From contig SMSO01000031.1 of NCBI GenBank assembly GCA_004764695.1, forward strand, positions 6,120,761 to 6,184,760: a stretch of DNA of 64,000 nucleotides, in the 5' to 3' direction. Made by a program: the position numbers and the translations under genes. Below, piece after piece: positions 47,401 through 60,100 of this stretch; position 1 is the stretch's first letter; the number at the start of each line of letters is the position of its first letter. The DNA is from Schizochytrium sp. TIO01 (Eukaryota > Protista > Bigyra: Labyrinthulomycetes). A model generated the notes under the pieces. That model searched no databases. It worked only from the letters and a program-made list of their open reading frames with translations, and was not told the origin of the DNA.

Positions 47401-50276
47401 CATGCAAAGCCGCAAGAGACGGGGCTTACGCAGCAGGCCCTAGCTCGAAACAAAATAGTAAACTTGTGGAATGTAGAGCTCACGCATCCATCCATCATCG
47501 CCGTGATCGCTTGCGGGTCGAACTCCGCCCACGTCAAATCTGCAGCGACTCGAAACCCTTTTTCTGCAAATGCTGAGATCGGCGATCCGAGGTTTTGGAT
47601 TTCACGAGCTCGCGATCCACCACCACGACGAGAGATCTGGAACGCGATCTTGTCCAGGCGGGTGAACAACTCCGCTGTCGTGCCATGCTAAAGCCGAATC
47701 GCCTTCAAACCAGCACGCACACAAACTAAAAACCAACTTGTATCTATCTTGCCACGATGCCAAGCACGCACTACAGCAGACCCTCTGTTGTGTTGACTTC
47801 AGATCTTCTTCGCTGCTGTAAGATAGCGCTGCCACTATCTCTAGCTAGAGCTGCGTAACCAGGTGGGTGGGTACCCACCTCCACTGTCTTTGAGGGAGGG
47901 AGGGAGTGAGTGAGCTACTTCTGTGGATCAAAGATCACTGCACAAGAACCGGTAAATCACAGAAACCTAGTTCCAAGCGGTACAAGCAGGAACTGCTCGG
48001 CCTCGCCAGCCAGCCTGTCATCCAGTCAGTCAGTCAGTCAGTCAGTCGGTTTTCAGTCGTCGGTCAGAACCAAGCATCCTCGCCAGTGCTCGACCTCGCG
48101 AGCTCGAGTTCCTCAGGATGATGGCCTGTGGCAGTGCCCTCGATTCGATTGCAAGGAAAGCTCGCCCGCTATTCGCCAGCTTTGTGCTTTGAAAGCCAAC
48201 TTCGCTATGACGGGCTACTCAGCTAATAAGAGAAGTATATGGCCTGGAGTGCGGTGCGCCAAGTGTGCTCTTGGGAGTTCCCATCCATGGTCAGCGGGTC
48301 CTACCCGTGAGGGGGCGGTATGTGTAATGTATGTGACAACTCAGTTGGCTTTGCCTGCTTTCGTGATCTTGAATACGCTTGACATCTTCGCGTTGAGTGG
48401 CCCTTTCGATGGGATTAATTAGATGCAACTTGAAGATGTGAACCTCGGGAGCAGCGGGTGCGGATTGCTGATTCTGAGCTGCTCCTGAAGAGATGTGCAC
48501 TGCATTATCTATCTTTGTTCAGGCGGAGTGCATTTTGTAAGAGTACGTAATTGTTTTTGCTCAAGTATAAAATAAAGTTGAGCGTGCGTGATAAAAAAAT
48601 AAATTTAAAAAAAATTAGTTAGTTTCTTTCTTTTGCTCGAAAAGGAGAATAAAGTTTATGAAAAGTGATACAGGAGAATGGCATCCAGCCTTTCGTATGC
48701 CACGAGAATATGAGTTTGGTGGTGCTACGAGATCATAAGTATGTTAACGAGACTCTTGACTAGTTTGGAACATGATGGGGAAGCATGAAAACACAATTTT
48801 TATCAACATTTGACTTCTGCTTTAAAATCGTTGAGCAGCAAATGTAAACTTTGCTTAAATAGCCGTCATTAGAATTTTAACATAAGAAGACATTTTAAAA
48901 AACCGCTCTCAAGAAACCCCACCACGGTTAATCTTTCGATGCCGTGAATTAAGACCAGAAATCCATATATTGTAAACTCAATACCAAAGTTGAGGATCCC
49001 ACGCTCAACTTCTTCAATCTGATATGCTAATGCTGGTGCTGTCTCATGGTCTGTCTAAGGTTGGTTAAAATGTTCAAGTAAGTAGCCCCGTTCAGGTCGC
49101 AATATCTTCTTACGATTGAAAGAAAATTGCCAGATTCACTTGATAACTATTACATGCATCTGCAGATGCTTCTATATCGGAACTCTGCCATCCATCACTG
49201 TTAACATAGCAACGCCTGAAGGTCTCCTGCCGATAGTGACCCGAGTACCAAAGAGTAAAACGCTTGGTATTTCTTCACATATATAGTAATATCTTCTTGA
49301 CTTTGTGGGACAACTATTCGATCTCGGAATGCATTTGATTCCTTGAAACGCGACTTCATGAGCCTCTTCAAATCCCAGACCTGATTGGCGTATTCCTGTA
49401 TCCTGTTGTTTCGTTTCTTGATTGTTTATAATGAAATATACCAGCACCTGGTACATATGCAGTTTAACGATCCAGAAGATGACTCCTACCATGATATGCC
49501 TATAATCCACACCACGCCGGCAGGTTTAGCATTTGGGGAGCGCTTATGCGTAATTTGTGGGGTCCACTTCCGGTACGATGGTGTTATTTCCAGCGCTTTC
49601 AATCGCCGACCGACCGCCTGTCCGCGTTTGCCTCAGATCTTACGCATTTCAAGATCTTCACCTTGGCCACACCACTTCTCCCCAGCTACGGAGCGCCCGC
49701 TCCGCGCTCGTTCGCGCATGCCGCTGCGCATCGTAGTCCCTCCGGAATTACAGCGCAGCAAGCGCGAGAAGAAGAGAAAAGAAAAGAAAAGAAAGACTCA
49801 ACGGGTCGGTCCCTCCTCAGCCACTCTTAGGCGCGTGCCTAGCTAGGCCGCTAGCCAGATGCTAGCGGGGTGCTACTGCTTCTTAGCCGCGCAGAAACGA
49901 AAGAAAAGCACGCGAGGGAAAAGCAAAACTTTCAGAAAGAAAAGAAAAGAAGTTGTGCCAAGTTTTCTTTCTGTAGAAACGGGCACCAAAGAGGCGCTCT
50001 TTCTGAAGGCACATACAAATATATACATAAATATATACATACGCGTTGGACGAAGCGCATCTTTCGGCTCCGGCGGTCCGAATTGCGTCTTCGGCGACAC
50101 CCGAAATTTGCTTTCTTTGTTTTGCCAGCTCGTAATATTTATTGTACATTCATTGATTCGTTTATTGATTCATTCTTCTGCGCAGTATTCTTCGCTCCTC
50201 TGCTTTTTTACATTCCCATAAAGAGAGAGGTCCTTCGACACCTTTTCTTTTCCTGAAATGAGCAGAAAGAAGAGCA

Positions 50277-50658
50277 GTTTGTTTGTTTGTTTGTTTGTAG
50301 GTTTGTTTGTAGGTTTGTTTGTTTGTTTGTTTGTTTGTTTGTTTGTTTGTAGGTTTGTTTGTTTGTTTGTTTGTATGTTTGTTTGTTTGTTTGTTTGTTT
50401 GTTTGTTTGTTTGTTTGTTTGTTTGTTTGTTTGTTTGTTTGTTTGTTTGTTTGTTTGTTTGTTTGTTTGTTTGTTTGTTTGTTTGTTTGTTTGTTTGTTT
50501 GTTTGTTTGTTTGTTTGTTTGTTTGTTTGTTTGTTTGTTTGTTTGTTTGTTTGTTTGTTTGTTTGTTTGTTTGTTTGTTTGTTTGTTTGTTTGTTTGTTT
50601 GTTTGTTTGTTTGTTTGTTTGTTTGTTTGTTTGTTTGTTTGTTTGTTTGTTTGTTTGT
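50277..50658. repeat. Long (GTTT)n microsatellite, ~95 units, followed by (ATCT/ATTT)n to ~50785
   Basis: Directly visible; it generates the artefactual FVCL-repeat ORFs. Confidence 0.98.
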
Positions 50659-52438
50659 CTATTTATTTCTCATTCACGCTCTTTATTATGGCTGCTTTAA
50701 CTTTGGAAAGGCCTTTATCTATCTATTAATTTATCTATTTATCTATTTATCTATTTATCTATTTATCTATTTATCTATTTATTTAGTTTCTCGTTAGCTA
50801 TCATTTACAAAGAGGTTAGTTTTATCAATAATAAATAATAGATAAATAAATAAATAAATAAGTATTGAGAAAAGGCATTCGAAGGAGGCGCTCACTCAAC
50901 CGGCCTCTCTGGGAAAAGGGCCGAAGCCGCTGATTTCTTGCTAAAGAGGCGCATTCACTTCTCAAAGACGCCTTCGGCATTGACCTTCTTCGCAAAGAAG
51001 GAGCTTCGAAACAACAATTCACACCGGTATTCCAAAGCAATTGGCTTTTCTTTTCCAATTTTTATGCTCAAAACTCTTCTGCGTTTATTCCGGGCTTTTC
51101 AAAAGGTACTCCTAGCGTTTACGGTAGCCAGGCGCGGCTAGCATGGCCGAGGTCACTTGGGGGGGGGGTATTATGGGCCTCTCAAGCTAAACCGTAGGAA
51201 GGCGAGGATAGCGCAAGAAAGAAAAGAAAAGCGGCGCCAGCGATATCTCTCCGTCGAAGAACTAAGTCGAAGGAAAGAAAGATCGCTTTCGCTGTGCAAA
51301 GCTTTCGTGAAGACTGAAGTGCGACCGAAGAGGGGCTTAAAGGCCTTGGAGGTGTTCAGAAAAGAGCGCATAAGAGCTTGCATTGCAAACAAAAACATCA
51401 AAAACGCTCAACAAGAAAACCACAGAATTGCAATGGATTGCAATTGCAATTCGCGCGCACCGTCTTTTTTAAAGAAGGTTGACTTTTTGACTTCTTCTTC
51501 TTCTTCTTCTTACTTAGCGGAAAAGAGGAGAAAAGAAAAGAAAAGAAAAGGGGCGCGAGGAAAAGAAAAGAAGGAATGAGAAATGCAATCAATGATTGAC
51601 CGATTGAGCGAAGATTGAGCTTTGAAGACGGAAACGTAAACTTAGTCCTCTCTCGCGTTGGTTATAAAGGTCGCTCTTGTTATTTGCCAAGGCTCTTGAG
51701 GAAACTAACCTCAGTGAACGTCGCTTTTTATTAGTATGGCCCATCGTATCTTTTCATTCGATTCCATTGCATTGCATTTGCATTGCATTGAATTGCACTT
51801 TACATTTTAAAAAAAGAAAAAAGAAAATAAACTTCATTCATTCATTCATTCGTTCATTCACTCACTTACTCACGCATACATATTGAGCGCTGGATTGAAC
51901 TGATTTCAAGAAAACCGAATCCAACGCTAAGACCATTGAAGGCACAACGCATCGAAAGTGGAAAAGCGCTTCGCTTTTCCATCGACAATTTCCAATTTCA
52001 TTGCGGCGCTAACAATGAAATGAAAACATGACAACGAAAAAGACTCTAATCACCATAAAAGAGACCTAAAACTGAATACGAGGCAAGCGGCGCTCAGAAA
52101 CAGCCAAAGAAGAACGCAAGAGAACGCTAAAAACATCACCGCAGAGAGGAAAACATCATCGACGGCGGCGCTAAAACATCATCGTTTGCCGCGGTTATCT
52201 TCCACCTGAGGCCTTTGGGCACTTACTTGGGAATGATTCGATTCAATCATTTTCATCATCATCGTCATTGTCGTCGTCGTCACCGTCGTCGTCGTCGAAG
52301 GATACAGGCGGAGACTAAGGGCCCAAGCTGTGGCTTCGAGGCCAGCGGAGCGGTATTTGCGGATGGTTTTTCTTGATTTCTTGATTTCTTGGTGGTTTCT
52401 TGAAAGGGCGTAACGTGAAATAAGTATGAAATTTAACT

Positions 52439-52675
<237 letters not shown>

Positions 52676-52949
52676 GTGGTTAATTTGGTTGTTGAGAATG
52701 AGGATGAAAAGGGGTCTTTAAAAGAAGGGAGGAGGCGCCTCTTTTCTTTTTCGAGTTCTCTTTTCTTTCTTTTCTTTTCTTTTCTTTTCTTTTCTTTTCT
52801 GGCTTTGCCTTTTCTTGTGGATGAGGGAAGTCGTAAGCCCGAAGATGTGAGGCATCTTCACATTGGTTGTGGGGCCGTCGAATGTAATCCGCAATCCAAT
52901 GCTGTTTGATGAATAGGCGTTTGTTCGTTTGTTTATTCGTTCGTGTGTC

Positions 52950-53004
<55 letters not shown>

Positions 53005-53114
53005 ATGTTTGTTTATTCGTTTGTTAACTGCTTTACTTTCAAAGCAAGTTCAAGGCGGCCTAATTAAGATCTCAAAGTGTTCCTCCAAAAAGGTGTGTTC
53101 GTTCTTAGGTACCT

Positions 53115-53172
53115 GAAAGAAAAGGAGACTCTTCAGGAAAGAAAAGGCCTCTGAAGAGTCTCCTTTTCTTTC
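53115..53172. repeat. Perfect 22-bp inverted repeat with 14-nt loop
   Basis: GAAAGAAAAGGAGACTCTTCAG (53115-53136) and CTGAAGAGTCTCCTTTTCTTTC (53151-53172) are exact reverse complements. Confidence 0.95.
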
Positions 53173-53942
53173 TTTCTTTGTTTCTTTCTATGATTGGGAA
53201 TGAATAACCAAAGAGAGAAAAACAAATATATAGTTCTCTTCGTTCCTTTTCTTTTGGTCTCTCTCTGTGCTGATGAAGGCGACAGCTCAGCTTTAGTGCG
53301 GTGTAGTTTGGTTTAGCGCAGCATTGTTTGGAGGTTGATATGGGTAAGTTTGCTTTGGTTTCTTTCCTTCAGAAGCGCCGTTATTGATATCAGGAAAGCG
53401 CTTCTATTTTTTAATTTTTTTATTTGTTTTCTCTTCTTCGAACGAATGAGTGGAACTCGAAAGCGAAAAGAAAAAAGAAAGAAGAAAACTTTATTCAATT
53501 ACTGAGTACTTCAATCTGATAAGCTAAAACTAAACACGTTTTCAATGAGGAGGCGAAAGAACCAGGCCTCCCTCCCCTCCTAGGCGTTGGAGTAACAGTC
53601 ATTATGACATCGCTCCGCTTTTCCTTTTTTTAAGTGCCTTTTTAAAAAGTGCGTTTCCTTCTTTTCTTTTTTTTTGCCTCTTTGTTTGTTTGTGGAGGAT
53701 TGATTGATTTGTTAGTGTGATTAAGATTGGAGTGGAATGAAAGAAAGAAAGAAAGGATAAAAGATTTTTAATTAATTAGGGCGAAGTTGTAAGAAAAGCG
53801 ATGTAAAGCGAATTGGAGCACAGCGATCAAATCAATCTACGGAGAGACAGGTTTGGCGCGGCAGCAAGGCAGGCGAAAGCAAACCCCAAACTCAGCTGTC
53901 TTGACAAGACACTCCGCACAACTCCCCTCGCCCCTCTCCAGC

Positions 53943-55730
53943 ATGAGCATGTTCTTCGTGACCGTGCGCGGCCGCAGCGGCCTCGTGGCCGCCGCCGCCC
54001 AGCGCCGCAGCGCCTCCGGCGTGCTCGTGCGCGCCTTCTCCCAGAAGGCCGCCGACAACCCCGATGAGCGCATCGCCCTCGCCGCCAAGATGAAGCCCAT
54101 CCAGGACGTCCTCGCCGACAAGGTCGCCGTCACTGACCCCGCCTCGTACGACCTCTACGGCCGCTACAAGGCCAAGATCAACGTCAACTTTGCCAAGCGC
54201 GACGCCAAGGGTAAGCTCATCCTCGTCACCGCTCTCACCCCCACCAAGGCCGGTGAGGGCAAGACCTGCACCTCCGTCGGTCTCGCCGATGGCCTCAACA
54301 AGATCGACGGCGTCTCCGCCATCGCCGCCCTCCGTGAGCCCTCGCTCGGCCCCGTCTTTGGTGTCAAGGGTGGTGCCGCTGGTGGTGGCTACGCCCAGGT
54401 CGTCCCCATGGCCGACATCAACCTTCACTTCACCGGTGATCTCCACGCCATCAGCACCGCGCACAACTTGCTCGCTGCCATGATTGACAACCACATCCAC
54501 TGGGCCGCCGAGCCCCAGCTCGACGTTCGCCGTGTTGAGTTCGGACGTGTCCTCGACATGAACGACCGCGCTCTCCGCAAGGTCAACCTTGGCCTCGGTG
54601 GCACCGGCAACGGTATCCCCCGTGAGTCTTACTTCGACATCACCGTCGCCTCTGAGGTCATGGCCATCTTCTGCCTTGCCACCGACCTTGAGGACCTCAA
54701 GCACCGCCTCGGAAACATCGTCGTGGGTTACACTCGCGGCGGCAAGCAGGCTGTTACCTGCCGTGACATCGGCGCCGAGGGTGCCATGACCGCTCTTCTC
54801 AAGGATGCCTTCAACCCCAACGTTGTGCAGACCCTCGAGCACAACCTTGCCATCATCCACGGTGGACCCTTCGCCAACATCGCCCACGGATGCTCTTCCG
54901 TCGTTGGTACCCGCTCCGCTCTTGCCCTCGCTGACTACGTCGTCACTGAGGGTGGATTCGGTGCTGACCTTGGTGCCGAGAAGTTCTTCGACATCAAGTG
55001 CCGCAAGGCCGGCCTCACCCCCGCTGCCGCCGTCATTGTCGCCACTGTCCGTGCCCTCAAGCTCCACGGTGGTGTCGACGCCAAGGCTCTCACCTCCGAG
55101 AACCTCGACGCCGTCCGCGCCGGTATGCCCAACCTCATCCGCCACATCGAGAACGTTGCCAAGTTCGGAGTTGACAGCGTCGTCTCTATCAACCGCTTCC
55201 CCACCGACACCGAGGCCGAGATCCAGGTTGTCAAGGACCTCTGCAAGGAGATGGGCGTCGAGGCCATCGTCGCCGAGCAGTGGCAGCACGGTGGTGCTGG
55301 TGCCCTCGAGCTCGCCGAGTCTGTCAAGAAGTTGGCTGACAACGCTGACCTCTCCAAGTTCAAGCCTCTCTACCCCGATGAGATGCCCCTTGCTGACAAG
55401 ATCAAGACCATCGCCACCTCCCTCTACCACGCTGACGGCATTGAGCTCTCCAGCGAGGCCAAGTCCAAGCTCAAGAAGTTCGAGAAGGACGGATACGGCC
55501 ACCTCCCCGTGTGCATTGCCAAGACCCAGTACTCCTTCTCCGATGACCCCGCCGCCGTCAACGCTCCCTCTGGCCACACCCTCCACATCGCCGATGTTCG
55601 CCTCGCCGCCGGTGCTGAGTTCGTCGTCGTGCTCACTGGCTCTGTCATGACCATGCCTGGCCTCCCCAAGCGCCCCTCTGCCCTTGACATCACCGTCAAC
55701 GAGGCCGGCCAGATCTCTGGTCTCTTCTAA
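53943..55730 (+). CDS. fhs: Monofunctional formate-tetrahydrofolate ligase (FTHFS) with predicted mitochondrial presequence
   Basis: Canonical motifs [106 protein letters not shown]. The first ATG is at 53943, and the N-terminal ~35 aa are Arg/Ala/Ser-rich with no acidic residues. Very strong C/T-ending codon bias. Confidence 0.97.
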   Translation: MSMFFVTVRGRSGLVAAAAQRRSASGVLVRAFSQKAADNPDERIALAAKMKPIQDVLADKVAVTDPASYDLYGRYKAKINVNFAKRDAKGKLILVTALTPTKAGEGKTCTSVGLADGLNKIDGVSAIAALREPSLGPVFGVKGGAAGGGYAQVVPMADINLHFTGDLHAISTAHNLLAAMIDNHIHWAAEPQLDVRRVEFGRVLDMNDRALRKVNLGLGGTGNGIPRESYFDITVASEVMAIFCLATDLEDLKHRLGNIVVGYTRGGKQAVTCRDIGAEGAMTALLKDAFNPNVVQTLEHNLAIIHGGPFANIAHGCSSVVGTRSALALADYVVTEGGFGADLGAEKFFDIKCRKAGLTPAAAVIVATVRALKLHGGVDAKALTSENLDAVRAGMPNLIRHIENVAKFGVDSVVSINRFPTDTEAEIQVVKDLCKEMGVEAIVAEQWQHGGAGALELAESVKKLADNADLSKFKPLYPDEMPLADKIKTIATSLYHADGIELSSEAKSKLKKFEKDGYGHLPVCIAKTQYSFSDDPAAVNAPSGHTLHIADVRLAAGAEFVVVLTGSVMTMPGLPKRPSALDITVNEAGQISGLF

Positions 55731-57060
55731 GCGTGATGGCCTGTTGTCCTCCTCTTCCCAAGAAGATGATGATCCAAGTAATATGATATGATCATGCATG
55801 ATGATGATGATCGTGATGATGATGATATGATATATGCTCCAGCATGTTTGCTTGCTAGTTAGCTTGCGCTCTCGTTTGTCTGACCAAAACGTGCCGCCTG
55901 TACCGGCTGGCCGCATTCTCTTATCTACTCTAGTACACCCACATTCCCAGCAAAGAATTGTAGCAAATATTCACTTCTGCTAGACATCCTTATCCCCTTT
56001 TACTAAATTTAACTAAACTTCTCTGTCCTGACATTATTTACTTTCCTGCATGAGCTCCATCGTGTGATCTTACCGCTATGCCTTGCTTTGGTCTTGTCTG
56101 CATCAAATGTTCCTTCTTACTTCCTAAGAAGAGGTGGTCCTGAATGGCTATCTCCAGAGCTAGCTAAGGTATTCTCATTCTAGTTAAGTGTCCCAAAGTG
56201 GGAATTAATTCGTCCCAGTTTACAAATTACCGCAACACATTTGTGACCCAGTCACATATGACTCATTGCTTCGTTCCTTCCCCTCATTCTTTTCATCCCC
56301 AAAACTAGCAGCTGACTCAAAAGCATGCTGTTCCAACATTAGAATTATGTTGGTCAGGTTTTCCCTTGTCGAATACTTAGTGCAACCCGCGTGCTACGCC
56401 GCCTGGAGAAATTAAACACTCAGTTAAATCAAAATTGGAGACCTGCATCTTTGTTCGTGTATTAGTAGTCCTCGTGTTTTACTTTAGAACGTTTTTAGAT
56501 TTCATGCAGGTGATACATATTTAGAGATTGATTAGAGATGCACCGATATCAAACGTTTAATAGCAGAGTTCTTGCTTCAATACCAATAGGTTCTTCACAA
56601 ACAAAACCCCGATGTCCTGATTCTGGCAAAGTTTAGGAAATCGTAGATTTTTACTTTCTCTTCAAGAACTGGTAACCTAGGTATCCTGGGTGAAGAACTA
56701 GTAAGAACGAGTTGTTCCAGAAAAACTATGGTTCCTGTTAGTTCTATAATCGCGGACAGTTGTATTTCGCAAAACAATGATATGGTGTCATATGCACGAA
56801 TTGCTAGATTTCCATTGGGAAAAGGCACATCGTTTTTTAACAAATTGCTATCTAATTGGATAAACGTCGACCTAAGCATCCATGGTGGAAAGTCAAAAAT
56901 GCTGAAGAATACTGCCATGAACTTTGTTCACTGTATTGTGTTTTCTCTACTACTTAAGTTTTAAAATGAAAATGAATAATGAGTTTGATTTTATGAGAAG
57001 AAATTTGTGAAGATTGCGTGATTTTTGTATCGCCCATCGAATACTAACTATAGTGATGGA

Positions 57061-57062
<2 letters not shown>

Positions 57063-57119
<57 letters not shown>

Positions 57120-57125
57120 CAACAA
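57063..57125. repeat. (CAG)16(CAA)n trinucleotide repeat just downstream of the IFT122 stop (CTG repeat in its probable 3' UTR)
   Basis: Directly visible, ~46 nt past the stop codon. Confidence 0.95.
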
Positions 57126-57170
57126 GCAAGCAAAGTGCTCCAGTAGTAGTGAAGCTAGTACATATGCTCT

Positions 57171-60100
57171 TTAAATTGTAAGACTAAACTTACATAAGGG
57201 ACACTTGTTGCCGTTTGACAAACATACAGTCTCGAGATCCTCCTCAAGGAAGAAGGAATGACATTGAGGACACTTAAGCACAGGTGCTACATCTGGCAAA
57301 ATGTTTACAAAGAACTGCCAGCGTTTGACCGGAGACTGCCAGCGAATTACAAAGACTTCGTTCAAAGGAATCTGCTTCAAGATATGCGCAGGCACCTGAA
57401 CTGGGCCAAACCGCGACACTTCTTGGTTGGAAAAGTCGCGGTCGAGAAGGAAATTCGCGAACAGACTTTCTTTATTACCACCACTACTGTGAGAAGGAGC
57501 CTCATCGAAACTGATACGATCCACACCCTTCTCTTCATTCGCAGATTCTGGACCTGATGACCCAACCGGCTCTGAACGAAGCAAAGAGTATGCCTCCTCA
57601 TCAGAGAGCGATTTTTCGGGAACAAATTCCACCAGTGGTAGCAAGTCAAATGACTTCAGTGAACGAATAAAAGGGTGCGCGCATTGCACGCAGCAATCAC
57701 GAGCCTCGCCTAGACCATTCACCAAGGGATTCATCATCGAGCATTGATAACAAATGAAATGGAGTTCGGTACGGTCCTCGTACGGTTTAGACTGAATTAG
57801 CATCGTATCAAGATCAATCTGTGAAATCCACGACTCAGGTACGCGAAGTTGGGCCAGCTTATCAAATGCATGACGAGCCAGCTTGTACGCTTCAGACGCC
57901 TCACCCTCTTTTCCAGCAGCCCAAAGAATTGCAGCGCGTGAAATTCCGTATGGAGCTTGTGCACCCATCGTATTCATAAGGTAACGAGAGGCATTGAAAA
58001 CAGACTCTGACTCTAAAGAGCTGAATGGCTCGTCCGTGTATCTTGAAATAATGCCGTAAGCATAGTACTGAGTAGCAAGTGACCGGAAGTGATCAAAGGC
58101 CCTCATATGTTCATGCACGATTGGACTCTTCTCATCCTTTCGAGCTTCTGCATTGGCTAAAGCCATTTTCTCTTCTGAAAGCAACCATAGATAGTAAGCT
58201 GCGTCATCATAACGTTGCTCTGTAATTGCCGATTGTGAAAGATCTTTCAGTAAAAGCATTGATTTGCCAGGCTGGTTCGCCTTCTTGAAGGCAACCTGCG
58301 CCTCGTCAAATCGATCGTGTTCTGCCAACCACTGGGCGTACGGCAAATAAACGTCCTCTGCATATTTATTTCCATGCTGCTTAGAGAGTAGAAACGCATC
58401 GTCCCATTTGTTCAATGCCACGTGCAACTTCATCAAGCTCTGGATATCGTTCATCTTCAAGTATACCTCTTTGGCATACTGATGATGTCCGTGTAAGCGA
58501 AAATAGTCTGCACACTTGCGCAATGCACTAACCTCCTTACCATCAATGACGCGAGCAACCTCTATGAGCTCTTCGAGCATACCTGCTTCACCAACGATCT
58601 TAATAGCCTTATCATACATTCCGGCTGCACAGTACATCTCTGATGCAAGCTTGATATTACCTGTCTCTTCTGCCCATTCACCCTGACGCTGGATCAGCTC
58701 TTGAACATCAACACTGCCCGAACTAGATGCAAAGTTCTTAGCTTCCTCCCATTGTCGAAGGTCAGAGAACATATCAACCGCTCGTTCGACATGACCAAAC
58801 TTTGCATAAAGCTTCGCAGCCTCCTGAAAACGCCCTTGGTACGCCATAACCATGGCCAAGTGAACACCTTGTTGCTTTTGCCGAGCTTGCTTTTCATTCT
58901 CATCTTGACCCTCCGCATCGAGCGAGTCATAGCGCTGCTTACGTTCCTGCTCGATTGTGTTAATTAGTTCAATGTACTTGAGGTCACGAACACGAATAAA
59001 AGCCTTGCGAGCAATCTCTAGCTCCAAATCTTGCAAGGCTGTCAAACCAAGGAATCGCCAGTCAGACTCAGTAACACCGAGGCAGGCAACTTTATAGGCA
59101 AGCTCGTAGTTTTTGGCATCCAAATATCGGTATAAAGATGCACTTTGTGGAACATCAACAGTCTCCATCTCTTCAGTTTGAAGACAGAAGATCTTGGACC
59201 CTCTGAATCCCACCACAATGCCTTCCATAGGTTGTCTGTGGACTGGAAAAGAATCTGTTTTAATGCACAAACCACCATCTCCAGAATAGCATAGCATATC
59301 TTCAAACTCAGAGTTCCACGCGACACTCCATGCGTCCTTGTCAGAGAAAATCTCCTCTTGAGTTTCCAGATTATACACGACACACTCACCCTTAGCATCG
59401 ACTACAGCAAGTTTATTACGAGACTGGCTCAAATCTAGGCAACGAATGGTTTCGCGATGCTTAATCAGCTGGATCGGGAAAGGGTTATCAACAAATAGGC
59501 GCAAAACTACTCCGTTTTTGAGACCAACCAAGAGACCCTCGCGCCCTGCTGGGCCACCAACCACCTTCATGTAGCGGATCATACTTTCCATATTCCACTC
59601 CTTCTCCTTGCGGCCACTAAAGTCAAACATTTGGATCTTTTTATCATGACAGAGAATTACATGAAGTGAAGTAACTACGAGAAGGTTACAATCAATCTTC
59701 TGATTAATCTTATCGCGCATTCTATAGCGCAAGTCAAAAGGATCGCTACCATTGGTCAGCTCATAAATTACAATCTTGTCTGGCGTTTGGATAGCCAAGC
59801 GGTCTTTGTATAGAGCAACCTTTTTCACAAAATCGCGGGACTTGATACGCACCTTCTGTTCTGAAATTAAATGTTGGATCACGACGTCCGTCATGCTCTC
59901 AGTGTAAACGAATCGGTCTTGGTATAATGCATTGACAGGGGTAAAGCCAAGCTTAAACATACTAATGACACCACTATTAGTGCCCATCACAACAGATGAG
60001 CTTCCTGGCTGGCATTTACTAGCCCAGCACCAGTCGTCGCCTTCGGCAATCTCAGTGAGGCGAATTCCGTCTCGAGAATAAAGAGTCACCCTCCGATCAG

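Noticed and set aside
50258-50797. ORFs with long FVCL repeats
   Set aside because: Translation of the (GTTT)n microsatellite, open in all three frames.
53892-55916. 674-aa antisense ORF (and 281-aa alternative-frame ORF) over fhs
   Set aside because: Shadow of the strong codon bias of fhs, which removes antisense stops; no recognisable domain.
56595-56918. 107-aa ATG ORF between fhs and IFT122
   Set aside because: No motif, AT-rich, in convergent 3' intergenic space; at best a decayed fragment.
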